A stretch of 64,000 bases of DNA from an uncultured Chloroflexia bacterium (lineage in GTDB: Bacteria > Chloroflexota > Anaerolineae > CG2-30-64-16): contig CAWEMM010000009.1 of NCBI GenBank assembly GCA_963810095.1, positions 640,001 through 704,000 on the forward strand, in the 5' to 3' direction. The notes below the pieces were generated by a model that made no database searches, was not told the DNA's origin, and saw only the letters and a program-made list of their open reading frames with translations. How positions within the stretch are numbered: the first letter of the stretch is position 1; each line of letters opens with the position of its first letter. Positions 11,303 to 20,130 of this stretch are shown piece after piece. The position numbers were made by a program, and so were the translations under genes.

Positions 11303-12097
11303 TCAGCCTCCGGTGATGCCCTTCCAGGTCATCTGTACCGCGATCAGGATGAGCAGCACGATCAAGGCCCGGCGGAGCACGTCGACCCGGAGCCGGCCGG
11401 CCGTCTGGGCGCCAAGCATCGCGCCCACAAACACGCCCAGGGCGGTGGGCACGGCGACGAGCGGATCGATGTCGCCCCTACTGTAATACAACGTTGCACT
11501 GGCTGCTGCAGTAATGCCTACCATGAAGTTGCTCGTCGCCGTCGCAACGCCCAGCGGAACGTCCATCACCGAGTACATGACCGGGACCTTGATGAAGCCC
11601 CCGCCGATCCCGCTCAAGCCGGACAGCGCCCCGGCCAGCGCGGAGAAACTCAGCCCGACCCCCCAACGCTTCGGCTTGTAGTCGGTCCTGAACAGCGCTT
11701 CGATCTGGGGCTCGTCAGCCGGCCCCGCCTTGCGCCGGGTCTTGATCAGCGTGTAGATAGCGCTGGCCAGGACAACCGCTGCAAATACAAAAGCCAGCGC
11801 CTGCTGCGGCATCCTGCCTGCGGCGAATCCCCCGAGCAGGGCGCCGGTCGTTGTGGCGATTTCGAGCCGGATGGCAAGGCCCGCGTCCGCGCCGCGCCCC
11901 GGCCGCGAAACGCTTGCCACGCCGGCGGAAGTCGCAATCACCCCGATCAGGCTGACGCCGACCGCCGTCCGCACCGGCAGGTCAAAAATGAGGGTGAGCG
12001 CCGGAACGAGGAAGATGCCCCCACCCAGCCCTAGCAACGCGCCGAGCACGCCGGCTGCTAAGCCGACGCCAAACAGGCCCAACCACACCAACTCCAT
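11303..12097 (-). CDS. Sulfite exporter TauE/SafE family membrane protein
   Basis: Duplicated motifs GALLGLGGGIFLVP and GLSGIGGGFIKVP; ATATSNFMVGITAAASA. Confidence 0.9.
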   Translation of the reverse strand: MELVWLGLFGVGLAAGVLGALLGLGGGIFLVPALTLIFDLPVRTAVGVSLIGVIATSAGVASVSRPGRGADAGLAIRLEIATTTGALLGGFAAGRMPQQALAFVFAAVVLASAIYTLIKTRRKAGPADEPQIEALFRTDYKPKRWGVGLSFSALAGALSGLSGIGGGFIKVPVMYSVMDVPLGVATATSNFMVGITAAASATLYYSRGDIDPLVAVPTALGVFVGAMLGAQTAGRLRVDVLRRALIVLLILIAVQMTWKGITGG

Positions 12098-12104
12098 TGT
12101 TGCA

Positions 12105-13175
12105 TCATCCCAGACTCAAGAAACGACGCCACTCCGATACTTCCAGTTTCAATCCTTCGTATCGCGCCTGCAGTGCCTCATAGAGCCGGGCATTCTCGAT
12201 CGCAACGGCAACCAGGCCGGCGACAGACTGCAGGAACTTCACCCCGACCTGCGTAAAGCGACGAGGCTGGCTGGAATAGACCCGCATGACCCCGACCGGC
12301 TGGTCCTTCACCCGCAACGGCACGACGAGCACCGACCGGATGCCCTCCGCCGCAGCCTCGCCTGGGTACTGGAACCCCTCCTCGCCCGCCACATCGTAGA
12401 GGGTGACCGTCTCGCCACCAAGCGCGCGCTGGTCGATGCGGCTGCGTTCCAGGCTGACCGCGCCCTTCGCCAGGTACTCGGCGCTCAAGCCGTGCGACGC
12501 CACCATCTCGAGCTTTTGGCGCTTCTTGTCCAGCAGGCGGACCGAGGCGGCCTTCAGGTTCATTTCCATCACGGCTGACTCGAGCACCTGTTTGAGCAAG
12601 GGCTGCAGTTCCAACGTCGACGTGAGGGCCGCTGCGATCCGGAATAGCGCCGAATGGAGCTGGGCGTTTTCAATGGCAAGGGCGGCCAGGTCTGCGGCCG
12701 CGTGGAGCACGGTAATTGCGGTATCCGAAAACCCGCAGTCCGCAGTGCAGTAGACATCCAGGGAGCCGAACACTCGCTCACGCACTGCCAGCGGGATGGC
12801 CATGAACCCCCCCAGCTGCTCCATGTGCAGCTGCTCGTCGCTCAACTGGTGGCCCGCCCGGGCAGGCTCGCCCGCGCCTGCCGCAGCCAGGTTCTCGACG
12901 TGGACGCTCTGCCCACGGAGCACCTGCTCATGCACGCTGCCCTGAACAATCGCCGTGCGGACGTTCTTGAGGAATTCCTCGCTGACGCCGACGCTCGCGG
13001 CAACCTGCAGCTGGTCCGCGTCCGCGTTGAGCAGCCGGATGACCACCGCGCGTACGTCGAGCGACTGCTGGATCGCACCCAAGACGGCCTGCAGCGTGGT
13101 CTCGAGCTCCAGGCTGCTGTTGACGGCATGTGCAATGCCGTATACGAGTTGCATCAGGCCCAAGTCTTCGGCCAT
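12105..13175 (-). CDS. Tandem GAF-domain protein with no output domain
   Basis: Two GAF repeats (SSLELETTL...AIPLAVRERVFGSL...AALAIENAQL; STLELQPLL...VPLRVKDQPVGVM...AVAIENARLY) then only a short helix. Confidence 0.85.
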   Translation of the reverse strand: MAEDLGLMQLVYGIAHAVNSSLELETTLQAVLGAIQQSLDVRAVVIRLLNADADQLQVAASVGVSEEFLKNVRTAIVQGSVHEQVLRGQSVHVENLAAAGAGEPARAGHQLSDEQLHMEQLGGFMAIPLAVRERVFGSLDVYCTADCGFSDTAITVLHAAADLAALAIENAQLHSALFRIAAALTSTLELQPLLKQVLESAVMEMNLKAASVRLLDKKRQKLEMVASHGLSAEYLAKGAVSLERSRIDQRALGGETVTLYDVAGEEGFQYPGEAAAEGIRSVLVVPLRVKDQPVGVMRVYSSQPRRFTQVGVKFLQSVAGLVAVAIENARLYEALQARYEGLKLEVSEWRRFLSLG

Positions 13176-13438
13176 GCTTCGCTCCTCCGCAAAGTCTAGC
13201 GCCGCACAGAACTGTTGTCAATTATCACTCCAAATCCCCACTTTTCATAATCATAATCCAACGGCTGGTGTACAGGCTTTGTACAAGTTGCGCTAAGGTT
13301 AGGAAGAAAGGCCACTGTCGCCGCACCCCGCCTCTGCTATATTTTAGACATCAGATCATGCGAAAAAGTGCGGGGAGCCCGGCAACCTGTGGGGTGACTC
13401 CGGCGTTAAGTAGAGTAGGATCGACAAGGAGGCCGAGA

Positions 13439-14569
13439 ATGGGTTGGTCTTGGCGGATTGCCAGGGTGCGTGGGATCGACGTGAAGATCCATGCCACCTT
13501 CATATTCGCGCTCATCTGGGGCGCGGTCATCTGGGGCGGCGGCAGCCCATCCGGTTGGGCGTACGGGGTCTTTCTGACCCTCGTCCTCTTTGCGATCGTG
13601 TTGGCACACGAGTTCGGGCATGCCATCGCCGCGCAGCGTTACGGCATCCAGGTGCAGGACATCGTGCTGCTGCCAATCGGTGGGGTGGCGCGGCTCAATC
13701 GCATGCCCGACAAGCCCTCGCAGGAGCTCGCCGTGGCGCTGGCGGGTCCGGCGGTCAACCTGGTGATGGCGGTTGCGCTGGCCCCGTTCCTGTTGCTCGG
13801 ATTGTGGGCGCAGGCGCGTGCCGGCCTGGGCATCGGTTTGCCCCCGATTGCGGAGCCCGGTCTTCTGAACCTGGCCGCCTTCCTGATCATTATCAACGTC
13901 TCGCTGCTCGTCTTCAATATGATCCCCGCCTTCCCAATGGACGGCGGCCGGGTGCTGCGCGCACTGCTTGCCTTGAAACTGCCGTACAGCCGTGCGACCG
14001 CAATCGCGGCAAACGTCGGCCGGCTGTTCGCCATCGCCTTCGGTGTGTTCGGCATCCTGACCGGGAACATCGGCCTCGCGCTGGTGGCGGTCTTTGTCTT
14101 CTTCGGGGCCGGGGCCGAGCTGAGCGAAGTCTCGCAACGCGAAAGCCTGCAAGGCTTGACCGTCGGCGAAGTGGTCGACAACCAGGCGCCGGTGTTCTCC
14201 GCCAGCCTCCCGGCTTTCACAGCTTTCGAGCGACTGGTGCGTTCGCCGTACTCGGCGGTGGCCGTGGTCGACGACGCGGGGCACTTCACTGGTGTGGTCA
14301 CCCGGCACGGGATGCAAGCCCGCTGGGCTGCCGGGCTGCGCGGCACGGTGGAGTCCTTCGTCGAGATGGCGCGACCCGTACAGGTCGAGTGCGATGCGCC
14401 CCTGGTCGCCGCTCGGGAACGTATGGCGGAGGCACGGACCCCGGTCGCAGCCGTCTACTGCGGCAGCTCGTTCGAAGGTCTGCTCGACTTCGAGACGATC
14501 AGCCGGATCATCGCCCTGCGCCAGACGGGCTGGCGCGGCAGCCGGGGACCCGTGACTTCGCAAGGGTAA
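13439..14569 (+). CDS. Site-2 protease (M50) with C-terminal CBS-like domains
   Basis: HEFGH and FNMIPAFPMDGGR motifs, multiple TM segments; RBS AAGGAGG upstream. Confidence 0.9.
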   Translation: MGWSWRIARVRGIDVKIHATFIFALIWGAVIWGGGSPSGWAYGVFLTLVLFAIVLAHEFGHAIAAQRYGIQVQDIVLLPIGGVARLNRMPDKPSQELAVALAGPAVNLVMAVALAPFLLLGLWAQARAGLGIGLPPIAEPGLLNLAAFLIIINVSLLVFNMIPAFPMDGGRVLRALLALKLPYSRATAIAANVGRLFAIAFGVFGILTGNIGLALVAVFVFFGAGAELSEVSQRESLQGLTVGEVVDNQAPVFSASLPAFTAFERLVRSPYSAVAVVDDAGHFTGVVTRHGMQARWAAGLRGTVESFVEMARPVQVECDAPLVAARERMAEARTPVAAVYCGSSFEGLLDFETISRIIALRQTGWRGSRGPVTSQG

Positions 14570-14640
14570 ACAATGAGCGCCGGGGACCGTTTGCCGGTGC
14601 CCTTTCTTCAGACATAGTGCGCCCAACAAAACCCGGTGGC

Positions 14641-14676
14641 GTAAGGGCGAGGCATCCAGGGATGCCTCGCCCTTAC
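14641..14676. repeat. REP-like perfect hairpin between convergent genes
   Basis: 16-bp stem GTAAGGGCGAGGCATC / GATGCCTCGCCCTTAC. Confidence 0.6.
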
Positions 14677-14690
14677 CGTGTGGTCTGCCC

Positions 14691-15479
14691 TTATGGCAGG
14701 GTCACAAACCCTGACAGAAACTCCCGTGCGGAGCCCGTATCCATGCGATACGCCTTATCGGTCGCCCGGCACCAATAGTCGCCGGTGACGGTGATGGCGG
14801 CCACGACATTCGTGTTGCCAATGAAGTGTGGACCGCCGGAGTCGCCATAGCATGTGCCGCCGCTCCCCGTCGACGGATTCATCGACAAGTTCAGCCAGTA
14901 AGGCTCGAGCGCCAGGAACGACTGCTCGGTGTAATAGCGGTCGTAGCTGTCCCAGATGATGGCGTGCGGCCCGCTCGTCTTGTCGTCCCGCCGCACGCCG
15001 TATCCGACCGCGACGAAACGGGTGTCCTTCAGCGTTTTATCTGCCTTCATCTGGTCGAGCTGGCCCGCCGTCGGGAGGGCTGCGGGTGTGATGCCTGTCG
15101 GGGCCTGGTCGAGCACGACGACTGCCACGTCGTGCGTGTCTGATGCAGGGCCGGGGTACGCGGGATTGAGGTAGCCCGTGCCGCTGTAGACCGTAGGATG
15201 GTCGCTCCAGACGGAATCAAAGGTGACGGCCACATCCTCAGGAGTCAGGTTAACCTCGGCCAGCCAGTCCATGCAGTGGCTGGCCGTGAGGAACACTTTC
15301 GGGGCGATCAGCGTGCCGGAACACACTTCGGCCCAGCCGCCGTTAATGGGTATCAGCAGCGCGCCCACGTTGGGGTGCAAGTTGCCGTCGGGTTGGCCGA
15401 ACGTGATGGCGCCTGCGGGCAGCGCCGCCACCAGCATGACCGCCAGGGCGATCAGCAGAATGTAAGAACGTCGCTTCAT
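14691..15479 (-). CDS. Secreted trypsin-like (S1) serine protease
   Basis: Signal peptide MKRRSYILLIALAVMLVAALPAGA; catalytic motifs CSGTLI...LTASHC, HDVAVV, CYGDSGGP. Confidence 0.9.
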   Translation of the reverse strand: MKRRSYILLIALAVMLVAALPAGAITFGQPDGNLHPNVGALLIPINGGWAEVCSGTLIAPKVFLTASHCMDWLAEVNLTPEDVAVTFDSVWSDHPTVYSGTGYLNPAYPGPASDTHDVAVVVLDQAPTGITPAALPTAGQLDQMKADKTLKDTRFVAVGYGVRRDDKTSGPHAIIWDSYDRYYTEQSFLALEPYWLNLSMNPSTGSGGTCYGDSGGPHFIGNTNVVAAITVTGDYWCRATDKAYRMDTGSAREFLSGFVTLP

Positions 15480-15671
15480 CGTACACCTCGGTGTTCGGGA
15501 ATTAGGGCTGAAGAATGGCCCGGGGGCATGATAGGCCGTGGTAAGAAGTTTTGTCAAGCGTCCAGAAATTCCCAAGCCCCGAGTTGTCGGTCGACGCTAA
15601 GCATGACTTGTCGGCCCGTCGCGCCGTGTGCTACACTTGCGCCGGCCTTCCGCACGATTCGAAAGGATGCC

Positions 15672-16892
15672 ATGTCACCCGTACTGCAGCTTCTGCTCCA
15701 ACTCAGCATCCTGATTGCCGTCGCCAAGCTGGCCGGCTTGCTCAGCACAAAGCTCGGCCAGCCTGCGGTGCTGGGCGAGATCCTCGCCGGGCTGCTCCTC
15801 GGTCCGTCATTCATCAATCTGCAAGCGCTCCCCGTATTCACCTCGTCCCACCTCCCCGAGACAATCACCGAACTGGCCGAAATCGGCGTCATCCTGCTGA
15901 TGTTTCTGGCCGGGCTGGAAGTAGACCTCGCGCAGATGCGCCGGTCGGGCGGGGTTGTGGTCCTTGCCGGGCTCCTGGGGGTCGCCGTGCCGTGGCTCAT
16001 GGGCGTGGGTGTTGCCCTCCCATTCGGCTACCCCACGATCGAGGCGCTGGGTATTGGCCTGCTGCTGACCGCGACCAGTGTCAGCATCTCCGCGCAGACG
16101 CTGCTGGAGCTCGGCGTGCTGCGCAGCCGGGTGGGGATTGCCTTGCTCGGCGCGGCCGTGGTGGATGATGTCGTCGTCATCTTGCTGGTATCGATATTTC
16201 TGGCCTTGGCGGGCGGCGCGGCCGGCGGCATCGAAGACGTCGGTCTGCTCCTGCTTCGCGTCGTCCTCTTCCTCGCGGTTTTCGGCATCCTGGGCTGGTT
16301 CCTCGTGCCGCGCCTGCTCGATCTCGCGGACCGCCTGCCCATCAGCCAGGGGCTCGTCGCGACGGCCGTGGTCCTGGCGCTCTTCTTTGCCTGGTCGGCC
16401 GAAGTGATCGGTGGGGTCGCGATGATCACCGGCAGCTTCCTCGCCGGCGTGTTTGCCGGGCGTTCGCACACGCATCACCGGATCCTCGAAGGCGTGAGCG
16501 TTCTGACGTATGGGTTCTTCGTGCCCATCTTCTTCGTCAATATCGGCCTGCACGCCAACATCTTCGAGCTTTCGGGCGGCTTGATCTGGTTCACCGTCGT
16601 GTTAACCCTCGTTGCCATCATTTCCAAGGTGTTGGGCAGCGGTCTGGGTGCCCGGTTGGGCGGGTTTAATAACGGCGAATCGCTCCGGATGGGCGTGGGA
16701 ATGATCTCGCGCGGCGAGGTCGGCCTCATCGTCGCCCAACTGCTGGTGGCCCAGCAGGTCGTGCCGCAGGAAACGCTCACGGTCGCCGTCGTTATGGTCC
16801 TGGTCACCACGCTCGTCACACCGCCGCTGTTGCGGGCCGCATTCGCAGGTCGAAACGGGTCAGCGCCCGCCGATGCCGGCGCTACTTCTTGA
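15672..16892 (+). CDS. Cation:proton antiporter (CPA2/NapA-like)
   Basis: About 12 TM segments; GQPAVLGEILAG, ATSVSIS, AAVVDD, GMISRGEVG motifs. Confidence 0.9.
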   Translation: MSPVLQLLLQLSILIAVAKLAGLLSTKLGQPAVLGEILAGLLLGPSFINLQALPVFTSSHLPETITELAEIGVILLMFLAGLEVDLAQMRRSGGVVVLAGLLGVAVPWLMGVGVALPFGYPTIEALGIGLLLTATSVSISAQTLLELGVLRSRVGIALLGAAVVDDVVVILLVSIFLALAGGAAGGIEDVGLLLLRVVLFLAVFGILGWFLVPRLLDLADRLPISQGLVATAVVLALFFAWSAEVIGGVAMITGSFLAGVFAGRSHTHHRILEGVSVLTYGFFVPIFFVNIGLHANIFELSGGLIWFTVVLTLVAIISKVLGSGLGARLGGFNNGESLRMGVGMISRGEVGLIVAQLLVAQQVVPQETLTVAVVMVLVTTLVTPPLLRAAFAGRNGSAPADAGATS

Positions 16893-16903
16893 GGAGGCAC
16901 GCC

Positions 16904-17266
16904 ATGCCCACGATGGTCATTTTGATCCTGGAGAACGTCGACCGCCTGGAAGACGTGCTGACCGCCTGGTGGGAGGCCGGCGCGCCCGGTATTACTATCC
17001 TCGAGAGCAGCGGCGCGGCGCGTTACCTGGCAAAGCAGGGCGTGCGTGACGACCTGCCCATTTTTCCGAGCCTGAGCACCCTGCTGGGACACCAGGAAAT
17101 CCATCATCGCACGCTGTTCGCCGTGGTCCCCGACGGCTTCGCAATCGACAAGCTGTTCGACCTGACCGAAGCCGTGCTGGGCCCGCTGGAGCAGCCGCAC
17201 ACCGGCATCATGTTCGCCGTGCCGGTCCTCCAGGCCCGCGGGCTCATCCGGCGCAAGGCTGCCTGA
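16904..17266 (+). CDS. PII-like (GlnB-fold) protein
   Basis: About 120 aa; GAPGITILESSG and GPLEQPHTGIMFAVPV..ARG patterns typical of PII-like proteins; RBS GAGGAGG. Confidence 0.65.
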   Translation: MPTMVILILENVDRLEDVLTAWWEAGAPGITILESSGAARYLAKQGVRDDLPIFPSLSTLLGHQEIHHRTLFAVVPDGFAIDKLFDLTEAVLGPLEQPHTGIMFAVPVLQARGLIRRKAA

Positions 17267-18129
17267 TGCCCCGGTTGGCGCTGCTGTCCGACGTCCATGC
17301 CAACTTGCCCGCGCTGGAAGCCGTGGTGCGCGACATTGACGACCAGGCTCCCGACGCCGTGTATGTGCTCGGCGACCTGGTCAACGGCTGCGCCTGGCCG
17401 GGCGAGACACTGGACCTCCTGGCCGGTCGCGGCTGGCCGATGCTGACCGGCAACCACGACGATGCCGTGGTCCAGCTCGACACGTCGCGGATGGAGCCGC
17501 GCTATGCCGACCGGGAGTACTACGCCACCCTCTGGTGGACGCGCGCACGCCTCGCCGCCCGGCACCTTGCGCTGCTCCGGGGGCTGCCGCAAGCACTGAG
17601 CCTTGCGCCCGATCTCGGGCCGCCGGTGCGCCTGGTGCACGGGGTGCCCGGCAACTTCTTCGCGGGTTTCCGGCCCGATTCGCCGCAGGATTGGGTGCTG
17701 CAACACTTGGAAGGCATCGCAGAAACGACGGTCGCCGGCGGCCACACGCACCATCCCATGGTTCGGCACGTCGGGCCGTGGCAGCTTGTCAATTGCGGTT
17801 CCGCCGGCGCGCCCTACGACGGCGATCCCCGGGTGAGCTACGTGCTGATGGACGCGACCCTGCACGGCTGGGACGTCACCCTTCGCCGCCTCGACTACGA
17901 TCGAGGCCCCGTGGAACGTGGCTATCACGCGACGGGGCTTGACGTCGACGGCGGCGTACTCGGCCAGATGGTTCACCGGACAGTCATGACGGGGCAGCCG
18001 TGGGTGTCCGACTTCAACTGGTGGGTGCGCCAGCAGCCGCCCGCGGTGCAGGCGGACCCGCAGGCGGCCTTGACCTTCTACGACGCGCACTTCGGGCCGG
18101 GGCGCTGGGCGTTCCCGCTGCCCCGATGA
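17266..18129 (+). CDS. Metallophosphoesterase (calcineurin-like)
   Basis: SDVHAN, LGDLV, GNHD, VHG, GHTH motifs. Confidence 0.9.
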   Translation: MPRLALLSDVHANLPALEAVVRDIDDQAPDAVYVLGDLVNGCAWPGETLDLLAGRGWPMLTGNHDDAVVQLDTSRMEPRYADREYYATLWWTRARLAARHLALLRGLPQALSLAPDLGPPVRLVHGVPGNFFAGFRPDSPQDWVLQHLEGIAETTVAGGHTHHPMVRHVGPWQLVNCGSAGAPYDGDPRVSYVLMDATLHGWDVTLRRLDYDRGPVERGYHATGLDVDGGVLGQMVHRTVMTGQPWVSDFNWWVRQQPPAVQADPQAALTFYDAHFGPGRWAFPLPR

Positions 18130-18192
18130 GCGCCGGGTCCGTGGCCGTGCAGGGCACAACTCGTGATATGATGGGACGCAGAGGTGAGTCGA

Positions 18193-18600
18193 ATGGCGTT
18201 CTTTGAGGGTTTGATCGAAACCGAAGACGGGGCGCCCGTGTCGGTGGCGACGGTGGGCCAAACTGACTACTATGTGATCGACGACGCCGGCTTCAAGCGG
18301 CACGTCGAAGCCGACGAGGTCGATCGAGTCGTGTTGGCTCAATTCCTCGGGCAGATGCAGGAGCACCGCGACGAGGCGTCGCAGGCGATGATGAAGATGA
18401 TGGGCAGCGAGGACCTGTTCACGAAGGCCGCAGTCGACTCCACGCTCAAGAATGTGAGCGTCGACCAGATGCTCGGCCAGCGGCTGCCGTCCGAGGCTCG
18501 GCAGTGGCTTGGCATGCTCGGGCTTCGTGTCGTCATCGATTATCACGGCGAGGTTGTGCGGGTCGAAATGCCGGCCGCGCCAGAATCGGAAGATGAGTAA
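18193..18600 (+). CDS. Hypothetical protein
   Basis: Good RBS (GAGGTG), GC3-biased codons, plausible globular sequence; no family recognised. Confidence 0.7.
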   Translation: MAFFEGLIETEDGAPVSVATVGQTDYYVIDDAGFKRHVEADEVDRVVLAQFLGQMQEHRDEASQAMMKMMGSEDLFTKAAVDSTLKNVSVDQMLGQRLPSEARQWLGMLGLRVVIDYHGEVVRVEMPAAPESEDE

Positions 18601-18823
18601 GCCCGACGCCGGCCCGCCCAGGTTCTGGCGCAGTCGGGGTTTCCTGTCGTCGGCCGGGAAGGAGTTGGGCTGCGGGGTGCTGACGGTGCTCGCGTTCACC
18701 GCGCCGCTGTGGGCCTTCACCGTGGCGACCCGTGGCCCGCGCTACGCGTTCGGTGTGCTGGCGGCCGCGGTGCTGGTGCTGGCGTTGGTGACGCTTGCGT
18801 CGCGGGCGCTGCGCAAGCGATGA
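18593..18823 (+). CDS. Small hypothetical membrane protein (2 TM)
   Basis: Overlaps upstream stop; two hydrophobic segments and a basic tail. Confidence 0.5.
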   Translation: MSKPDAGPPRFWRSRGFLSSAGKELGCGVLTVLAFTAPLWAFTVATRGPRYAFGVLAAAVLVLALVTLASRALRKR

Positions 18824-18937
18824 CGGGCCGGCAGGCTCGGGCGTCTGCCCGCTACGTGGACAGCCTCGCTACCGGGTGTGGGAAACCCAAGATCGAGGCG
18901 GCTCGCGTTCTGGTGTTGGCTGCGTCGCCTCATTTGC

Positions 18938-18965
18938 TTGACACGTTCGATTGCTGTGCTATACT
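18938..18965 (+). promoter_or_regulatory. Sigma70-type promoter of the riboswitch leader
   Basis: TTGACA-16 bp-TATACT with an extended -10 TG, about 20 nt upstream of the aptamer. Confidence 0.7.
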
Positions 18966-18983
18966 TCACATCGTAAACGCATA

Positions 18984-19177
18984 ACACCTTCGGGGCAGGG
19001 TGCGGGCGTCATTCTAGCCACGGCTCGAATGACGATATCCCAATTCCCGATCGGCGGTAAGGTCAACGCCTGCATGGCAGGCGCCCGAGCCCGCGAGCGG
19101 GCGTCACTACGGTGACGCCTTGGCATGATCCGGTGAGAAGCCGGGGCCGACGGTATAGTCCGGATGGAAGAGGGTGA
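18984..19177 (+). ncRNA. FMN riboswitch (RFN element)
   Basis: Conserved blocks CTTCGGGGCAGGGTG...AATTCCCGATCGGCGGTA...AGCCCGCGAGC...GATCCGGTGAGAAGCCGGGGCCGACGGTATAGTCCGGATGGAAGAGG; P1 CACCTTC/GAGGGTG. Confidence 0.95.
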
Positions 19178-19234
19178 GCGTGAAGGCGTCTTCGGGATGT
19201 ATTCCCGCGGTCGCGTTCCTGCTCGCGCTGTTTC

Positions 19235-19267
19235 GGCCCCGAGGCTCATGCCACGGGGCTTTTTGTT
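19235..19267 (+). terminator. Intrinsic terminator of the riboswitch expression platform
   Basis: GCCCCG-AGGC...GCCA-CGGGGC followed by TTTTTGTT. Confidence 0.75.
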
Positions 19268-19303
19268 ATGGCGATTCAGACAACTACTCGACAGGGAGCG
19301 CGG

Positions 19304-20122
19304 ATGACGCTCGACGAATTCCGGCGGCTGCCTTCGCGGGCGCGCAGCGCCGCGGCGAGCAAACGCCTGGCACGGATCGACCTTCTGCTGATACCGGTCG
19401 CCCTGGCCATTTTCCTGGGGGGCTGGCAGCTGCTCGTCACCTGGCGCCAGTATCCGGCCTTCATCCTGCCGCGGCCGGCCCTCGTCTGGAGCCGGTTCCT
19501 CACCTTGATGGCCGACGGTACGCTCGCCATGCACACGGCCACGACCGTGCTCGAGATTTTTGGCGGTCTGGTGCTGGGCGTGAGCGCGGCGTTCGTGATC
19601 GGGTACTTCCTCGCGAAGTCGCCCGCCCTCGAGCGGATCCTCTCGCCCTACGTCGTTGCATCGCAGGCCGTGCCGATCGTGGCGATCGCGCCGCTGCTGA
19701 TCATCTGGTTCGGGTTCGGCTGGTCGTCCAAGGTCATCGTGTGTGCACTGACCGTCTTCTTCCCCGCGCTCGTGAACACCATCGTCGGCATCCGCTCGGT
19801 CGAGCCGGACTTACGGGCCCTGATGCGTTCGCTGCAGGCCAGCCGCTGGCAGACCTTCGCAAAACTGGAATTTCCCGCCGCGCTGCCGATTCTGTTCGCC
19901 GGGCTGAAGGTTGCGGTCACCCTTGCCGTGATTGGGGCCGTGGTGGGTGAGTTCGTCGGCGCGGACCGCGGGCTCGGCTTCCTGGTCAACCTGGCGCGCG
20001 GCACGCTCGATACGCCGATGTTGTTTGTCGCGCTATTCACCCTGGTCATCATCGCACTGCTGCTTTACTTTGCCGTCGCCGCGCTCGAGTACTTTGTGCT
20101 GGCGTGGAAGCGGGCGGTCTAG
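19304..20122 (+). CDS. ribX: ABC transporter permease (SsuC/TauC-like), probable riboflavin transporter RibX
   Basis: ILPRP, PIVAIAPLLIIWFGFG, GAVVGEFVGADRGLG; directly under FMN riboswitch control. Confidence 0.8.
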   Translation: MTLDEFRRLPSRARSAAASKRLARIDLLLIPVALAIFLGGWQLLVTWRQYPAFILPRPALVWSRFLTLMADGTLAMHTATTVLEIFGGLVLGVSAAFVIGYFLAKSPALERILSPYVVASQAVPIVAIAPLLIIWFGFGWSSKVIVCALTVFFPALVNTIVGIRSVEPDLRALMRSLQASRWQTFAKLEFPAALPILFAGLKVAVTLAVIGAVVGEFVGADRGLGFLVNLARGTLDTPMLFVALFTLVIIALLLYFAVAALEYFVLAWKRAV

Positions 20123-20130
20123 GAGTGATC

